From assembly GCA_965207885.1 (NCBI GenBank), contig OZ242311.1:1483456-1547455 (forward strand): 64,000 nt of DNA, written 5' to 3'. Of this stretch, positions 47,912-58,291 are shown one piece after another. Each line of letters starts with the position of its first letter. Positions within the stretch are counted from its first letter, which is position 1. Origin of the DNA: Candidatus Latescibacterota bacterium. Its GTDB lineage: Bacteria > Latescibacterota > UBA2968. A program made the translations under genes and the position numbers. Under the pieces are notes generated by a model, which was given only the letters and a program-made list of their open reading frames with translations, searched no databases and was not told the origin of the DNA.

Positions 47912-48922
47912 ATGGACCGTGTTCGTATTGGCGTTATCGGCGTGGGCAATATCGCCCGCAATTACCATTTACCCCCTGTACACGCACTCCCAAATGCCGA
48001 ACTCGTCGCCGTTGCAGACCTCGACGAATCGCTCAGATTAAGAGCACAGAAGCAATTCGGCTTTCGCGATGCGTACACTGATTACCGCTGCATTTTAGAC
48101 CGCGACGACATTCACGCCATCATGCTCCTCACCCGCGTGAATACACGCACCGAAATCATTCCCGCAGCCCTCGAAGCGGGCAAACACGTCTTCACCCAAA
48201 AGCCCTTTGCACTGACAAATGAAGACGCTGAATTTCTCGCTCAGGCAGCCAGGCGCACGGGCAATCGCCTCGTCTGCAGCTTCATGCATCGCTACTTTTC
48301 GCATACTCAGGGCGCGCGTCGAATCCTGAAAGAGGGCAAAATCGGCCGCCTCGAAATGGTGCGCCATCGCAACTGCATCGGCAGCCGCTACGACAACGCC
48401 GTTCGCTTGTGGGGCGGTGTCCTCGACATCGGTACACACGGCATAGACGTCATCCGGTATCTCACCGAACAAGACGTCGTCAAAGTGCAAGCCATGATGG
48501 ACCCCTATCTAACCAATGCAAACCTGCCGATAGACCCCACCATCAACCGCCCCAATGAAACCGTGGCCATCATGAATTTTGAAATGTCTGGCGGTACCCT
48601 CGTCACCTTTGAAATGCACTGGACCCAACGCGGTGGCGCAGGAGCCTATTACGCCGAACACTACGGCGATGACGGCTCGATGTTCATCAAACATCCCATT
48701 GCCCCGGCAACCCTCGTTTACACCCAGGGCCGCAAAGGCGACTGGATTCAACCCGACCTCGAACAGCATCCCAAAGGCCACCTGCACCACAAAATCTTCA
48801 TAGACGACATCCTCAACAACACCTGTGAAAGTGCCACCCCCGAAGATGCCGTAGCCACCGTAAAAATTATCAACGCCGCCTACGAAGCGGCACAAACTGG
48901 AAAAACAATCACTGTAGGCTAA
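47912..48922 (+). CDS. Gfo/Idh/MocA-family oxidoreductase
   Basis: RIGVIGVGNIARNYHLP Rossmann N-terminus, EKP-like FTQKPFAL. The ATG lies 1 nt after the upstream stop. Confidence 0.8.
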   Translation: MDRVRIGVIGVGNIARNYHLPPVHALPNAELVAVADLDESLRLRAQKQFGFRDAYTDYRCILDRDDIHAIMLLTRVNTRTEIIPAALEAGKHVFTQKPFALTNEDAEFLAQAARRTGNRLVCSFMHRYFSHTQGARRILKEGKIGRLEMVRHRNCIGSRYDNAVRLWGGVLDIGTHGIDVIRYLTEQDVVKVQAMMDPYLTNANLPIDPTINRPNETVAIMNFEMSGGTLVTFEMHWTQRGGAGAYYAEHYGDDGSMFIKHPIAPATLVYTQGRKGDWIQPDLEQHPKGHLHHKIFIDDILNNTCESATPEDAVATVKIINAAYEAAQTGKTITVG

Positions 48923-48939
48923 AAAAAGGACATAGTACC

Positions 48940-49884
48940 ATGAGAATCGCGCTCGTCATCCGACCATTCACCGATGAAAACCTCCAGACCGCGCTTCAAA
49001 TGGGCGTGGAAGATGTCGTAACCGTCTTACCCAATGCTGGCCCCGTATGGGATTATCTCGCCATCTTGCGCCACAAAAAACGCATTGAAGACCAGGGCTT
49101 GCGCTGGTCTGTGGTCGAATCTGTTCCCATCTCGGACAATATCAAACTGGGCCTTGAAGACCGCGACAGAGAAATCGACAACTACTGCCAGACCATCCGC
49201 AACCTCGGCGCAGCGGGCATTCCCGTAATGTGTTACAACTGGATGGCTGTCTTTAACTGGATGCGCACCTCGATGACCACCCGCACGCGCGGCAATGCCC
49301 TGACCAGTACTTACGATCACGGCGACATGGAAGACGCGCCATCCATCACCGACTATGGCGACATCACCGAAGAACGCCTCTGGGAAAACCTCGAATACTT
49401 CCTCAAAAGAGTAATACCCGTTGCCGAAGAAGCCGGCGTCAAACAGGGCCTGCACCCCGACGACCCGCCGCTCTCACCCATTCGCGGCGTTGCCCGCATC
49501 ATCACCAGCCCCGAAGCCTATGATCGCGTCATCTCTTTTATCCCCAGCGAATACAATGGCCTCACCTATTGCCAGGGCAACTTCAAAGCCATGGGTGCCG
49601 ACATCCCGGCCACCATACACCACTTCAAAGACCACATCCACTTCGCCCACTTCCGCGACCTCCATGGCCAGGTACCCACCTTCTCCGAATCCTTTCACGA
49701 CGACGGCGACACCGACATGGCAGAAGCTATTCGCGCGTACAAAGCAATCGGATTTAAAGGCGTTGTCCGCCCCGACCACACGCCCACCTTTGCGATTGAC
49801 CAGGAAGATACAGGAGGCTACAACTTCCTCGGAAGGCTCTATGCAGTCGGTTATATGCGTGGTCTCATCCATGGAACAGGCTAA
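48940..49884 (+). CDS. uxuA: Mannonate dehydratase (short form)
   Basis: GLRWSVVESVPISDNIK, IRNLGAAGIPVMCYNWM, VIPVAEEAGVKQGLHPDDPP, FAHFRD and RPDH track E. coli UxuA but lack its central insert. Confidence 0.8.
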   Translation: MRIALVIRPFTDENLQTALQMGVEDVVTVLPNAGPVWDYLAILRHKKRIEDQGLRWSVVESVPISDNIKLGLEDRDREIDNYCQTIRNLGAAGIPVMCYNWMAVFNWMRTSMTTRTRGNALTSTYDHGDMEDAPSITDYGDITEERLWENLEYFLKRVIPVAEEAGVKQGLHPDDPPLSPIRGVARIITSPEAYDRVISFIPSEYNGLTYCQGNFKAMGADIPATIHHFKDHIHFAHFRDLHGQVPTFSESFHDDGDTDMAEAIRAYKAIGFKGVVRPDHTPTFAIDQEDTGGYNFLGRLYAVGYMRGLIHGTG

Positions 49885-49886
49885 TC

Positions 49887-49921
49887 CAAAAAAAGGCTGC
49901 GATCTTTCGACCGCAGCCTTT
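49887..49921. terminator. Bidirectional intrinsic terminator between convergent uxuA and PorV-like genes
   Basis: A-run, then AAAGGCTGCG, a 10-nt loop, then CGCAGCCTTT. This gives U-tracts on both strands. Confidence 0.6.
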
Positions 49922-49946
49922 AGTGTATCTGGTGGGAGAGCTTCTC

Positions 49947-51002
49947 TCAGAATCCAAGCCCCACAGTCAACCAGTGATTATCCTGAAAGTACTCTGTCTT
50001 GCCAAAGGCATAATCCACCTGAAAAGCCATATTGCCCATGGGCACATTCAGACCAAAGCCAAACGTCGGGCCGAGAATATATTCCTTCTTGAACCCGCTG
50101 GGCAGGGCATCACCTGTTGGAGAAGCAACATATCCTCCGCGCAACTGAAGAATTTGCTTCATCGAATACTCAACGCCAGCCTGATATTCGTCAGTCGCCA
50201 GATTGTTATTGCGGAAGGTCGCCGAAAAAATAGCTTTGCCCAGCGCATCTTCATAGAAAGCATAGGAAAAACCGATTTCTATGGACGTGGGCAACTCAGC
50301 CGCTGCCAGTGACGTGCGGAAACTGCGCGACCCGGCCTGGGGATCGGCCTCTGGAACAGCGTCTTGCAATTTCACCACCCGATCCAGATCCGGACCATCA
50401 AACCGCAGATCGGGACCAAAATTTTGCATGGCAATACCCAGCGTCAGACCTTTGAGTGCGGTTTTGTACTGGAAGCCAAAGTCAAACGCCAGGCCATTGG
50501 CGACCTCGCGCTTAATCGCCTCGTGGATATATTTGATCGTGGTGCCAAACGACACGCGATCTGTCAGCAACTGCGAATACGTAAATGTCACACACGAAAA
50601 TCTCGGCGAGAGCACCTCGCCCGTGCCTTCGGGCGACTCCTCGGTCGTCACAATAATATCGCCCACCGCAAACACGCGGGCACTGATCCCCACCGAAATA
50701 TCATCTCGCAGACGCGTGGTAATCGCAAAATAGTTCACATTCATATCTGCGATATAATCCAGATATGAAAATATGGCTTCGCGCTTGTGCGTTCCAAATA
50801 CCAATCCCGAGGGATTCCACTGCAATGCCTCGGCACCCTTTACATGGGCCAGTATGGCACCTCCAAGTGCTGTACCGCGCGATCCAATAGGAATGCGCAA
50901 CTCTTGTGCCGCGGCTGTGCCGATGCGGCTCTCATCGCCTGCACGGGCATCCTGAGCGATCAATGCCAGCGCGGCAAACAGAAAAATCATCTTCCTGAAC
51001 AT
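49947..51002 (-). CDS. PorV/PorQ-family outer membrane beta-barrel (T9SS-associated)
   Basis: Signal peptide, then GTAAAQELRIPIGSRGTALGGAILAHVKGAEALQWNPSGL, the hallmark N-terminal motif of PorV/PorQ-type barrels. Ends ...TVGLGF. Confidence 0.7.
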   Translation of the reverse strand: MFRKMIFLFAALALIAQDARAGDESRIGTAAAQELRIPIGSRGTALGGAILAHVKGAEALQWNPSGLVFGTHKREAIFSYLDYIADMNVNYFAITTRLRDDISVGISARVFAVGDIIVTTEESPEGTGEVLSPRFSCVTFTYSQLLTDRVSFGTTIKYIHEAIKREVANGLAFDFGFQYKTALKGLTLGIAMQNFGPDLRFDGPDLDRVVKLQDAVPEADPQAGSRSFRTSLAAAELPTSIEIGFSYAFYEDALGKAIFSATFRNNNLATDEYQAGVEYSMKQILQLRGGYVASPTGDALPSGFKKEYILGPTFGFGLNVPMGNMAFQVDYAFGKTEYFQDNHWLTVGLGF

Positions 51003-51028
51003 AAGTTATTCCTCCATTCAGCGGTTCG

Positions 51029-54000
51029 TTAAAATGTGTTCAGCGTCTCAGCTTCCATAAACACCGCGCACTTAATAAAATGCGTACCGATATTTGGCGC
51101 ATCAAAATGCGCGATATAAATGCCGCTGGCAACCAGCACGCCCTGATCTGTTTTCAGATCCCAGGTATCAAACGACAAACCGTTATTGTGATTAATCGTC
51201 CGCACCAGATCCCCCGACAGGCTGAAAATTCGGATCGTACACTGCGCGGGAAGATTGGTAAAACGCATCTGACGTGCGAGAGAAGTGAATTCATAAGACG
51301 AACGCCCCAGATACGGATTGGGCACCGCCAGAATTTTGGTCAAATCCTCCACCGCCAACTCTTGATCGCCCCGGACAGCACCCTGCGTATTAAATGCAAA
51401 CACATCGTTGGGGCCATTGACGTGATTCGCCAGAATCAAAAACGAATCGCCATCCTGCGGGAATCGATCTGGCGTGCGGCGCGCGGCCCAAATGATATAC
51501 ATAATGGGTGGTGCCGGCGCATCGTTAATCAAACCCTGAGACAACTCTGCCACATTGGAATCATCGCCCGGCTCGGTATAATCCCGATCGAAAATGAACA
51601 GCCACTCGCGCGGTCCACCGCCAGCCAGATTGCTGACATCGCCGTAAAATCCCGGACCATACGCACCGTTGACCAGGCCGCCGGGTTGGTTATTTTCCAA
51701 CCAGCCAACTTCGAGACGGCGATTATTTTCCATATCCCAGGCCGAAAGCGCGATGGGATTGCGTTCCTGATACACATATACGCCGGGACCCGATGTATTG
51801 ATGATATAATGGCTCCAGTCATAAGGTGCTTGTGTGGTCGTCTGATCTGCAGGAGCAGGAGGAGGAGCACCTGCACCGCGCAAATACCGATATCCATAAG
51901 ACACATTGGGATTGGTCAGGTCAATGGGTTTGTACTGATCCTCGCCTTCATCTTCAATCACACTGGTAAATCGCAATTCCACATTGACCAATCGCGCAGG
52001 TGAAACGCTCGTGGGACCGAACCACATATGGGCAATATCGCCCGTCATCGCGCCGTTAAAACCTTCGGCACCCCAGTTAGTACCTGCCCAGGTGTACCAC
52101 CGCGCGCCCGATGGAATATCCCAATCTTTGATGCCGAGGGGCGGACCCGTCACACGCACGAGCAAACCCTCGACAATCGGATTGGAAATCGCCGCATCCA
52201 GTGAGGCGTGCTGCTGCATATCTGAAAGCACGGCCTGACCACTCGACAGATTGATCAAATCCCACACCGTTCCTGCATCGGTATCGCGGAAGCGCACTTC
52301 GTAAGGCGCGCCCGTGACCTGTGTATCGTCAACCACCTCCACGGCCACGATACCATCGCTTGAACCCGATGTGTGCTCAACAGTACTATCCACACCCACG
52401 GTATTGAATCGCGTACCCGCAGTGGGTCCGCGCGGCACAATGCCATTGGCCGGAATCAACTCATCCGAAAGGGGCTTAAACGTCATGCGCCCATCAGCCA
52501 GAGCCGAGATGGATGTCTCGAGCGTTTTGGGCGACCTGCCCTCATTCAACGAATAGGCCGTCACCGCAAAATAATAGGTTTTACCCGTCACCAGCCTACC
52601 GCCCAAAACCTTATCCTCGGTCAGTTCGATATAGCGCCGAATGCCCGAGTCACCGCCAAATTGCGCGGGCGAGTTGACCACCACACCCGCACCTTCATCG
52701 AACTGATTGTCAAAAATGATGGCCGAGCCATTGATCACGTCATAAGTCGCAAGACGCCTCCAGGGACCAGCGATCGACTCGCCCTGATACACGTTATAAC
52801 CTTCGAATGCATAATCGCCCGAAGCGATTTCTGAGTCAGCGCCCCAGGTCAACTGAACTTTGCCATTGCCCATGTGATCGCCCGTCACAGCCACCGACAC
52901 TTTGGGTGAGGGCGGAGGCGATGGCAATGCAAAATTGGCATCAAAAGCCGATTGTGCAAATGTATCGTTAAAACGCGCGGCTGTAATCGACGTGAGACGA
53001 TCTTGGCCTTGCCCGATAATGATAGCGCCCACTACTTCTTGTGTATCGCCGGGCGCAAAGGTAAACGGACCCGCCGTGAGCATAAAACGGCGATCAGCCG
53101 GGTTTTCGTCAAGCCAGCCCGTGCCCGCAACCGGATCTCCATCGACCATAAAAGCCTTCACCTGACCCGTAATCGGATCGGTGTGATCGGCCACGCCGCC
53201 ATCCGGGTCGAGACCCTTCATATAATTATAGGTCTCTTCTGCGGTATGAGGATCCGTACCGTTGATGTATTTATTAAACGACGTCATCGGCAATTCCACA
53301 CCGTCATCGCCAATCGGACCCTTGAAAAAGTCATACCCCACGGCAGGGGGTGACGAACCATACTGCGCATCTATGTTTGATCCGTTATAACAAAACCCAA
53401 AGCTGGTCTCCACATCGCAGCCCACCAGGTCGTTATCGAACTGCCCCAGATCGGGATCAGACCACAGCGACACATAAGTGCTATCGATGGTATTGCCACC
53501 CTTGTTGATAATCAAAAATTTGACAAATATCACATTGCCAAGCGGACCTGTGCGGTCAAATGCAAATGTCGTCTGCTGTATTTCAACGCCTAAAGGCGCA
53601 GTCTGCATATTGGTGTGGGAACCCGGATCGGCATCGTTATAAACCGCCCACAAGGTCTGGTCACCCAGCACCATTGGCGTACCATCGGAATTGACCGGCG
53701 CGCCGTCTTCAACCGGCCACTGCGCGTAATCCGGATTTTCCATGCCATCGCCTTTGCTAATCTTATACACGCGATAGCGGTCGAGTTGCGGATCGGCGGG
53801 TGTGCCATCGGGCAAAATAGGCCCGGGCGCAAACTCAAATGAATACTCGGCAATCGCCACGCGAATCTCTCCATTGACCTTGCCCGCAATCCACGGACCG
53901 GAAGCAAATACCGCGGTTTTGCCCGTGCCCTTGGGAAATTCAAGGCCCGAAGATCCGGTCGCCAGGTCCCAGGCGAATGATCCCTGGTTGGTCACAAACA

Positions 54001-54142
54001 TTTTGATATTGTTCACATCAATCACTTGATCATTGCTAATTTTACCCAGCCGCGGCTTTTGCGAGGGCGATGCAGCCAGCGCAATGCCAGCCATGCTCAC
54101 ACTCATCAAAGCCAGCGTCAAAATATTCAAAAAGCTTTTCAT
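51029..54142 (-). CDS. Large secreted protein (1037 aa) with T9SS C-terminal sorting domain
   Basis: Signal peptide MKSFLNILTLALMSVSMAGIALA. The C-terminus VPNPY...CTIRIFSLSGDLVRTI...WDLKTDQGVLVASGIYIAHF fits the type-A CTD / FlgD-Ig-like pattern. The body has no domain I can name. Confidence 0.6.
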   Translation of the reverse strand: MKSFLNILTLALMSVSMAGIALAASPSQKPRLGKISNDQVIDVNNIKMFVTNQGSFAWDLATGSSGLEFPKGTGKTAVFASGPWIAGKVNGEIRVAIAEYSFEFAPGPILPDGTPADPQLDRYRVYKISKGDGMENPDYAQWPVEDGAPVNSDGTPMVLGDQTLWAVYNDADPGSHTNMQTAPLGVEIQQTTFAFDRTGPLGNVIFVKFLIINKGGNTIDSTYVSLWSDPDLGQFDNDLVGCDVETSFGFCYNGSNIDAQYGSSPPAVGYDFFKGPIGDDGVELPMTSFNKYINGTDPHTAEETYNYMKGLDPDGGVADHTDPITGQVKAFMVDGDPVAGTGWLDENPADRRFMLTAGPFTFAPGDTQEVVGAIIIGQGQDRLTSITAARFNDTFAQSAFDANFALPSPPPSPKVSVAVTGDHMGNGKVQLTWGADSEIASGDYAFEGYNVYQGESIAGPWRRLATYDVINGSAIIFDNQFDEGAGVVVNSPAQFGGDSGIRRYIELTEDKVLGGRLVTGKTYYFAVTAYSLNEGRSPKTLETSISALADGRMTFKPLSDELIPANGIVPRGPTAGTRFNTVGVDSTVEHTSGSSDGIVAVEVVDDTQVTGAPYEVRFRDTDAGTVWDLINLSSGQAVLSDMQQHASLDAAISNPIVEGLLVRVTGPPLGIKDWDIPSGARWYTWAGTNWGAEGFNGAMTGDIAHMWFGPTSVSPARLVNVELRFTSVIEDEGEDQYKPIDLTNPNVSYGYRYLRGAGAPPPAPADQTTTQAPYDWSHYIINTSGPGVYVYQERNPIALSAWDMENNRRLEVGWLENNQPGGLVNGAYGPGFYGDVSNLAGGGPREWLFIFDRDYTEPGDDSNVAELSQGLINDAPAPPIMYIIWAARRTPDRFPQDGDSFLILANHVNGPNDVFAFNTQGAVRGDQELAVEDLTKILAVPNPYLGRSSYEFTSLARQMRFTNLPAQCTIRIFSLSGDLVRTINHNNGLSFDTWDLKTDQGVLVASGIYIAHFDAPNIGTHFIKCAVFMEAETLNTF

Positions 54143-54157
54143 GTTCTAATCTCCCAT

Positions 54158-57046
54158 TTAGAAGCTGAGCGCGAGTCCGAAGCGAACCTGCCGCGGCGTG
54201 CCAAAGTTGAATGGGCTTTTCTCTTTGAGCTTGTATTTGTCTTCGCCCAGTTGACCAAAGCGCTCCACAAATTTGCGGCCTTCGTCTGTATTCAACCAGC
54301 CCGAAGTCATTGGGCTGCCCGTGCTCGAATACACAGGGCTGGTCGCGTTGGCGCGGTTGAGCAAATTGAGCACCCAGACGTATATGTCGCCCTGAAGCCC
54401 TATAATTTTGAAACGCTTATTTGCCTTCACATCGGTCCTGAATGTCCAGGGACCATAGCTGGAATTCACCGGTCCCGAAGGACGTGACGCCGAAGCCCCT
54501 GTGGTCACTTCATTAAACGTAAACGTGGGCGTATAAGGGAACCCACTCCCGGCTTCGAACAACACATTGATCCCGGCATTGGACAGCGGCTGACCGCCCA
54601 GGATCCTCGGCCCATCTTTATCGACAAAGCGATAGTCGATCGATGCCGAAATTTTGTGGCGTTGATCAAAGTCGAGAGGTGAGGTCGATTTGGGCGGCTC
54701 GGTCACGCCGGGTTGGAAGCCCCAGGCGATCCGCCGCTGAGTTTGTGGGGTTGATCCCGTGCCCGTCGCATAAGCCAGAGAATAAGACAGACGCGCTGTT
54801 GTGCGCCCTATGCGACGCATGAGCAAACCAAAGTCTAGCCCCTTGATGGTTCCGTAGTCGTTGTTGCGAAACGAGGAAAAGGCCGTGGGATCAGACGGAA
54901 TTGTCGACACCTGAACGAGGTTTTCCACGGCTTTGTAATAAGCAGTGACATCGACACTGGCATGACCGCCCAACTGCTGCACCACACCCACTTCGTAAGC
55001 CGTGGTTTTTTCCGGCCTGAGATTCGGATTGCCAAAGGCGTAATAATATCCCCCCAGTGGAACTTTGTATTCCAGATAATCCAGACCAACATACAGGTCT
55101 TCCAGCTTGGGTTGCTGGTAAAAAATGCCGTAGTTCATGTGGAACACGGTCTTATCTGTAACGGGAAACCCAACACCCAGGCGCGGGCTGATCTTGTGAT
55201 ACACGCTATTGCCAGCGAGATCCGATGGATCGAGTGTGGAATCGCCACCCAATGGCACGCCTTCATTGGCGAGCACATCGGTACTCGCATTCAAATAATC
55301 GTAACGCACGCCCGCATTGATGATCAACCCGTCGTATTCCATCTTGTCCTGCACGTAAAACGAAGCCAAAATGGGTTCTTTTTGCGCGTCTCGGGTCGAA
55401 TCCAGAGGTTCGACTACCTGGCCATTCCAGTTGTAATCATACCCGTAGCGATCTACATCCTGAAAGCCACCCCTGTCGTCTGTGCTGACGAATGGACCGC
55501 GAAAGAGCAAAATGGGGGTCAGGTGCCGGTAATAACGCAACCGATGCATCTGCACGTCAAAACCGAGCTTAAACTGGTGATTGCGGCTGATCTGGCTGGT
55601 CAAATCGAAGTCGATAGGCGTGAGATAAAATGAGCTGGTTTGCTCAAAGTCATCAAACACGCGCCCTTCATCGCCTTCAAAATACGTTATAGAGCGGTCA
55701 TTGATGGTTTCCGTTGTCTGCGTAATCTCGGTGGAATCCACATCGCCGCGTGCAAACAAACTTTCCGCGTCATAACGCGAATTGCCCTGGGGGCGGGCAT
55801 AGTCGTGCAAATTATCGAAATGAACCCCGTCGCCCGCCTTAAAATTCTGGTCGAACAGACTTGTTTGCAAAGTAAAAAAGGTCTTTGCACCCATCGTATA
55901 GGTCACGCGGGCAAATGCCGAGTTGTTATTTCTTTTGACACGCGGCGCATGCCGCAAATTATAGCGATAGGTGTGACTATAGCTCAAGCGATCCGTTTTT
56001 GAGCCTACAATCCCTGCCTTCAGACCGATTTCGTCGGACAACCGATACGCCAGCTTGGCCTGCCAGCCCCATTTTTCGAGCGTATAATGCGGCAATATGC
56101 CCTCGCTGAGCAAATCGTACTCTTCCTGTGACAACAGGTCTTTTTCCCACTCGTGGGCTTCCACCCCCCAGCGCGGGCTGCGGTCGAGGCGATCGATGTA
56201 TTCTCCGGAAACAAAAAACGAAGGTCCGTTCGTTCCGGGAACGAGCGGACCACCAAATGTCGCATCGGTAGTGTTATACCCATAAGAAGGCGCACCGGCC
56301 CAACTGCGGTCATTCATCTCATCTGTAATATATTCCACAGACCCCGAATAATTCTGCCCGCCTTCGCGCGTCACCACCTTAACAACGCCCGACATCACGC
56401 GCCCGTACTCCGCTTCAAATCCACCCACAATCACAGATACCTGATCTATAGCGCCATTGCTCAGGGTGGTGGTCGATGAGCCGAATTGCAAATCCTTCTG
56501 CGACACGCCATCGACGATGTAGTCAACTTCGGAAAACCGCCCACCGCGTATGTAAAGCGTGCCGTTCCGGTTCGTCACGCCCGCCTGCAAGGACGTGGCC
56601 GCTGCATACCCGCGAACCGGCATATACTCGAGTTCTTCGCTGGTTACGAGGCGCATCGAGCTGGTCTTATCTTTCTGCACCAGCGGGCGCACCGCCACCA
56701 CTTCGATAGTTTCGCCTTCCAGGGCTTGCTCTGCGAGCACAAAATCAACTTCCGTAGTCAAATCGGGCAACACCTTGATGCCCTTGAGCACCACGTCTTG
56801 ATACCCGATAAAACTGCATTTTACGTCAAAAGTGCCCGCCGGCACATTCAAAATCACAAAATTACCTTCGGGATCTGATGTCGCACCAAAGACACTGTGC
56901 AAGCCCAGAACCACCACATTGGCACCGGGCAATCCACCACCGTCGCCTTTATCGACAATCTGACCCGCAATTTTACCCGTCACCCCGGCCATTGCCGATG
57001 CGGATAAAAACGACATCGCAACAAATGCGATTATCCATCTCGTCAT
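54158..57046 (-). CDS. TonB-dependent-receptor-like outer membrane protein (CarboxypepD_reg + plug + barrel)
   Basis: MTRWIIAFVAMSFLSASAMAG, KIAGQIVDKGDGGGLPGANVVV, a plug region, and a terminal ...RFGLALSF. Start at ATG 57046. Confidence 0.8.
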   Translation of the reverse strand: MTRWIIAFVAMSFLSASAMAGVTGKIAGQIVDKGDGGGLPGANVVVLGLHSVFGATSDPEGNFVILNVPAGTFDVKCSFIGYQDVVLKGIKVLPDLTTEVDFVLAEQALEGETIEVVAVRPLVQKDKTSSMRLVTSEELEYMPVRGYAAATSLQAGVTNRNGTLYIRGGRFSEVDYIVDGVSQKDLQFGSSTTTLSNGAIDQVSVIVGGFEAEYGRVMSGVVKVVTREGGQNYSGSVEYITDEMNDRSWAGAPSYGYNTTDATFGGPLVPGTNGPSFFVSGEYIDRLDRSPRWGVEAHEWEKDLLSQEEYDLLSEGILPHYTLEKWGWQAKLAYRLSDEIGLKAGIVGSKTDRLSYSHTYRYNLRHAPRVKRNNNSAFARVTYTMGAKTFFTLQTSLFDQNFKAGDGVHFDNLHDYARPQGNSRYDAESLFARGDVDSTEITQTTETINDRSITYFEGDEGRVFDDFEQTSSFYLTPIDFDLTSQISRNHQFKLGFDVQMHRLRYYRHLTPILLFRGPFVSTDDRGGFQDVDRYGYDYNWNGQVVEPLDSTRDAQKEPILASFYVQDKMEYDGLIINAGVRYDYLNASTDVLANEGVPLGGDSTLDPSDLAGNSVYHKISPRLGVGFPVTDKTVFHMNYGIFYQQPKLEDLYVGLDYLEYKVPLGGYYYAFGNPNLRPEKTTAYEVGVVQQLGGHASVDVTAYYKAVENLVQVSTIPSDPTAFSSFRNNDYGTIKGLDFGLLMRRIGRTTARLSYSLAYATGTGSTPQTQRRIAWGFQPGVTEPPKSTSPLDFDQRHKISASIDYRFVDKDGPRILGGQPLSNAGINVLFEAGSGFPYTPTFTFNEVTTGASASRPSGPVNSSYGPWTFRTDVKANKRFKIIGLQGDIYVWVLNLLNRANATSPVYSSTGSPMTSGWLNTDEGRKFVERFGQLGEDKYKLKEKSPFNFGTPRQVRFGLALSF

Positions 57047-57190
57047 GGTTAACTCCCTTCTGAAATAATTTCGAAAACCAGACTTAAAAGATGCTCGCGC
57101 ACCTCTGTCGTCTCCCCTCACGTAAATCGTTCTCAGCTATGTCGCTACTACATCACCTCCTTGTTCTCCCCCGACGATAAGTCATTTACC

Positions 57191-58282
57191 TCACACCGAT
57201 GACAGCGACATACCCTGATGAATGGGTTTTCCCTGTGACCGGCGCACCTGAACGAGTTCAGAAACAATACTCACGGCGATTTCTTCGGGTGTATCTGCGC
57301 CGATATCCAATCCAATCGGCGCGTGAACAACATCCAATTTTTCTCTCGGAATACCTTTGGCTTCAAACTCTTTCCACATCAGCGCGATCTTCCGACGGCT
57401 ACCAATCATACCAATATACGCCGCCTGGGTATCAATCGCCTGCTCGATAACCGGTTTATCGTGCTGGTGTCCCCGCGTCACAGCCACCACATAAGACAAA
57501 TCGTCAATAACCAGATGGTCAAAAGCCGTCTCCATCTCCAGCGTCAGCGTTTCACTCGCCATGGGAAACCGCTCTTTATTGGCAAACATGGGCCGGTCGT
57601 CAATAACCACAATCCGAAATCCGACCGAATGCGCGATCTGTGCGATAGCATAGGAAACGTGCCCCCCGCCAAACAAAAACAGCGTAGGCTCGGGACAAAT
57701 AGATTCCAAAAAGACCACAACGGGTTCTGACCCGATTTTTATGACCTTGAGCAAACTTTCCGGAATCGCCTCAAAAGCTGCCACCTCTTCGCGCACACAG
57801 GCTTCGGCAAGGTCATGGCCCAGACTACCCACTGTTCTACCATCGGGATGGACCAATAACTTCGCACCCACCTGATCGCCGCCCGAAACCAGCGTTGCCA
57901 ACACAGCCGAACCGCGCACTTTGCGAACCCGAGCAATATCGCCGAGCATGTCATCTGCGCGACCAGGCAACAGAGGTTCGGTAAAAATCTCGACATTACC
58001 GCCGCAATTGAGGCCATTTTCGCCCGCGTGTTTTTCCGTCAAAATAAACTTCTGCAAAGTCGGTGCTTCGGTATCCATCACATGACGGGCTTCGGCCCAC
58101 ACATCGGCTTCCAAACAACCGCCGCCCACCGTACCTATAATCACGCCATCGGGACGCACGAGCATCTTGGCCTTTTTACTCATCGGCAAAGACCCCTTGC
58201 TCGACACAATCGTCGATAAGGCGGCCTTTTCACCCTGAGAAACCAGGATCAAAGCCTCTCGAAAAACATCTTGACCAGCCAT
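57191..58282 (-). CDS. XdhC/CoxF-family molybdoenzyme maturation protein
   Basis: AALSTIVSSKGSLPMSKKAKMLVRPDGVIIGTVGGGCLEADV (XdhC_CoxI) plus a C-terminal Rossmann-like LFLFGGGHVSYAIA. Confidence 0.8.
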   Translation of the reverse strand: MAGQDVFREALILVSQGEKAALSTIVSSKGSLPMSKKAKMLVRPDGVIIGTVGGGCLEADVWAEARHVMDTEAPTLQKFILTEKHAGENGLNCGGNVEIFTEPLLPGRADDMLGDIARVRKVRGSAVLATLVSGGDQVGAKLLVHPDGRTVGSLGHDLAEACVREEVAAFEAIPESLLKVIKIGSEPVVVFLESICPEPTLFLFGGGHVSYAIAQIAHSVGFRIVVIDDRPMFANKERFPMASETLTLEMETAFDHLVIDDLSYVVAVTRGHQHDKPVIEQAIDTQAAYIGMIGSRRKIALMWKEFEAKGIPREKLDVVHAPIGLDIGADTPEEIAVSIVSELVQVRRSQGKPIHQGMSLSSV

Positions 58283-58291
58283 AACATCCCC

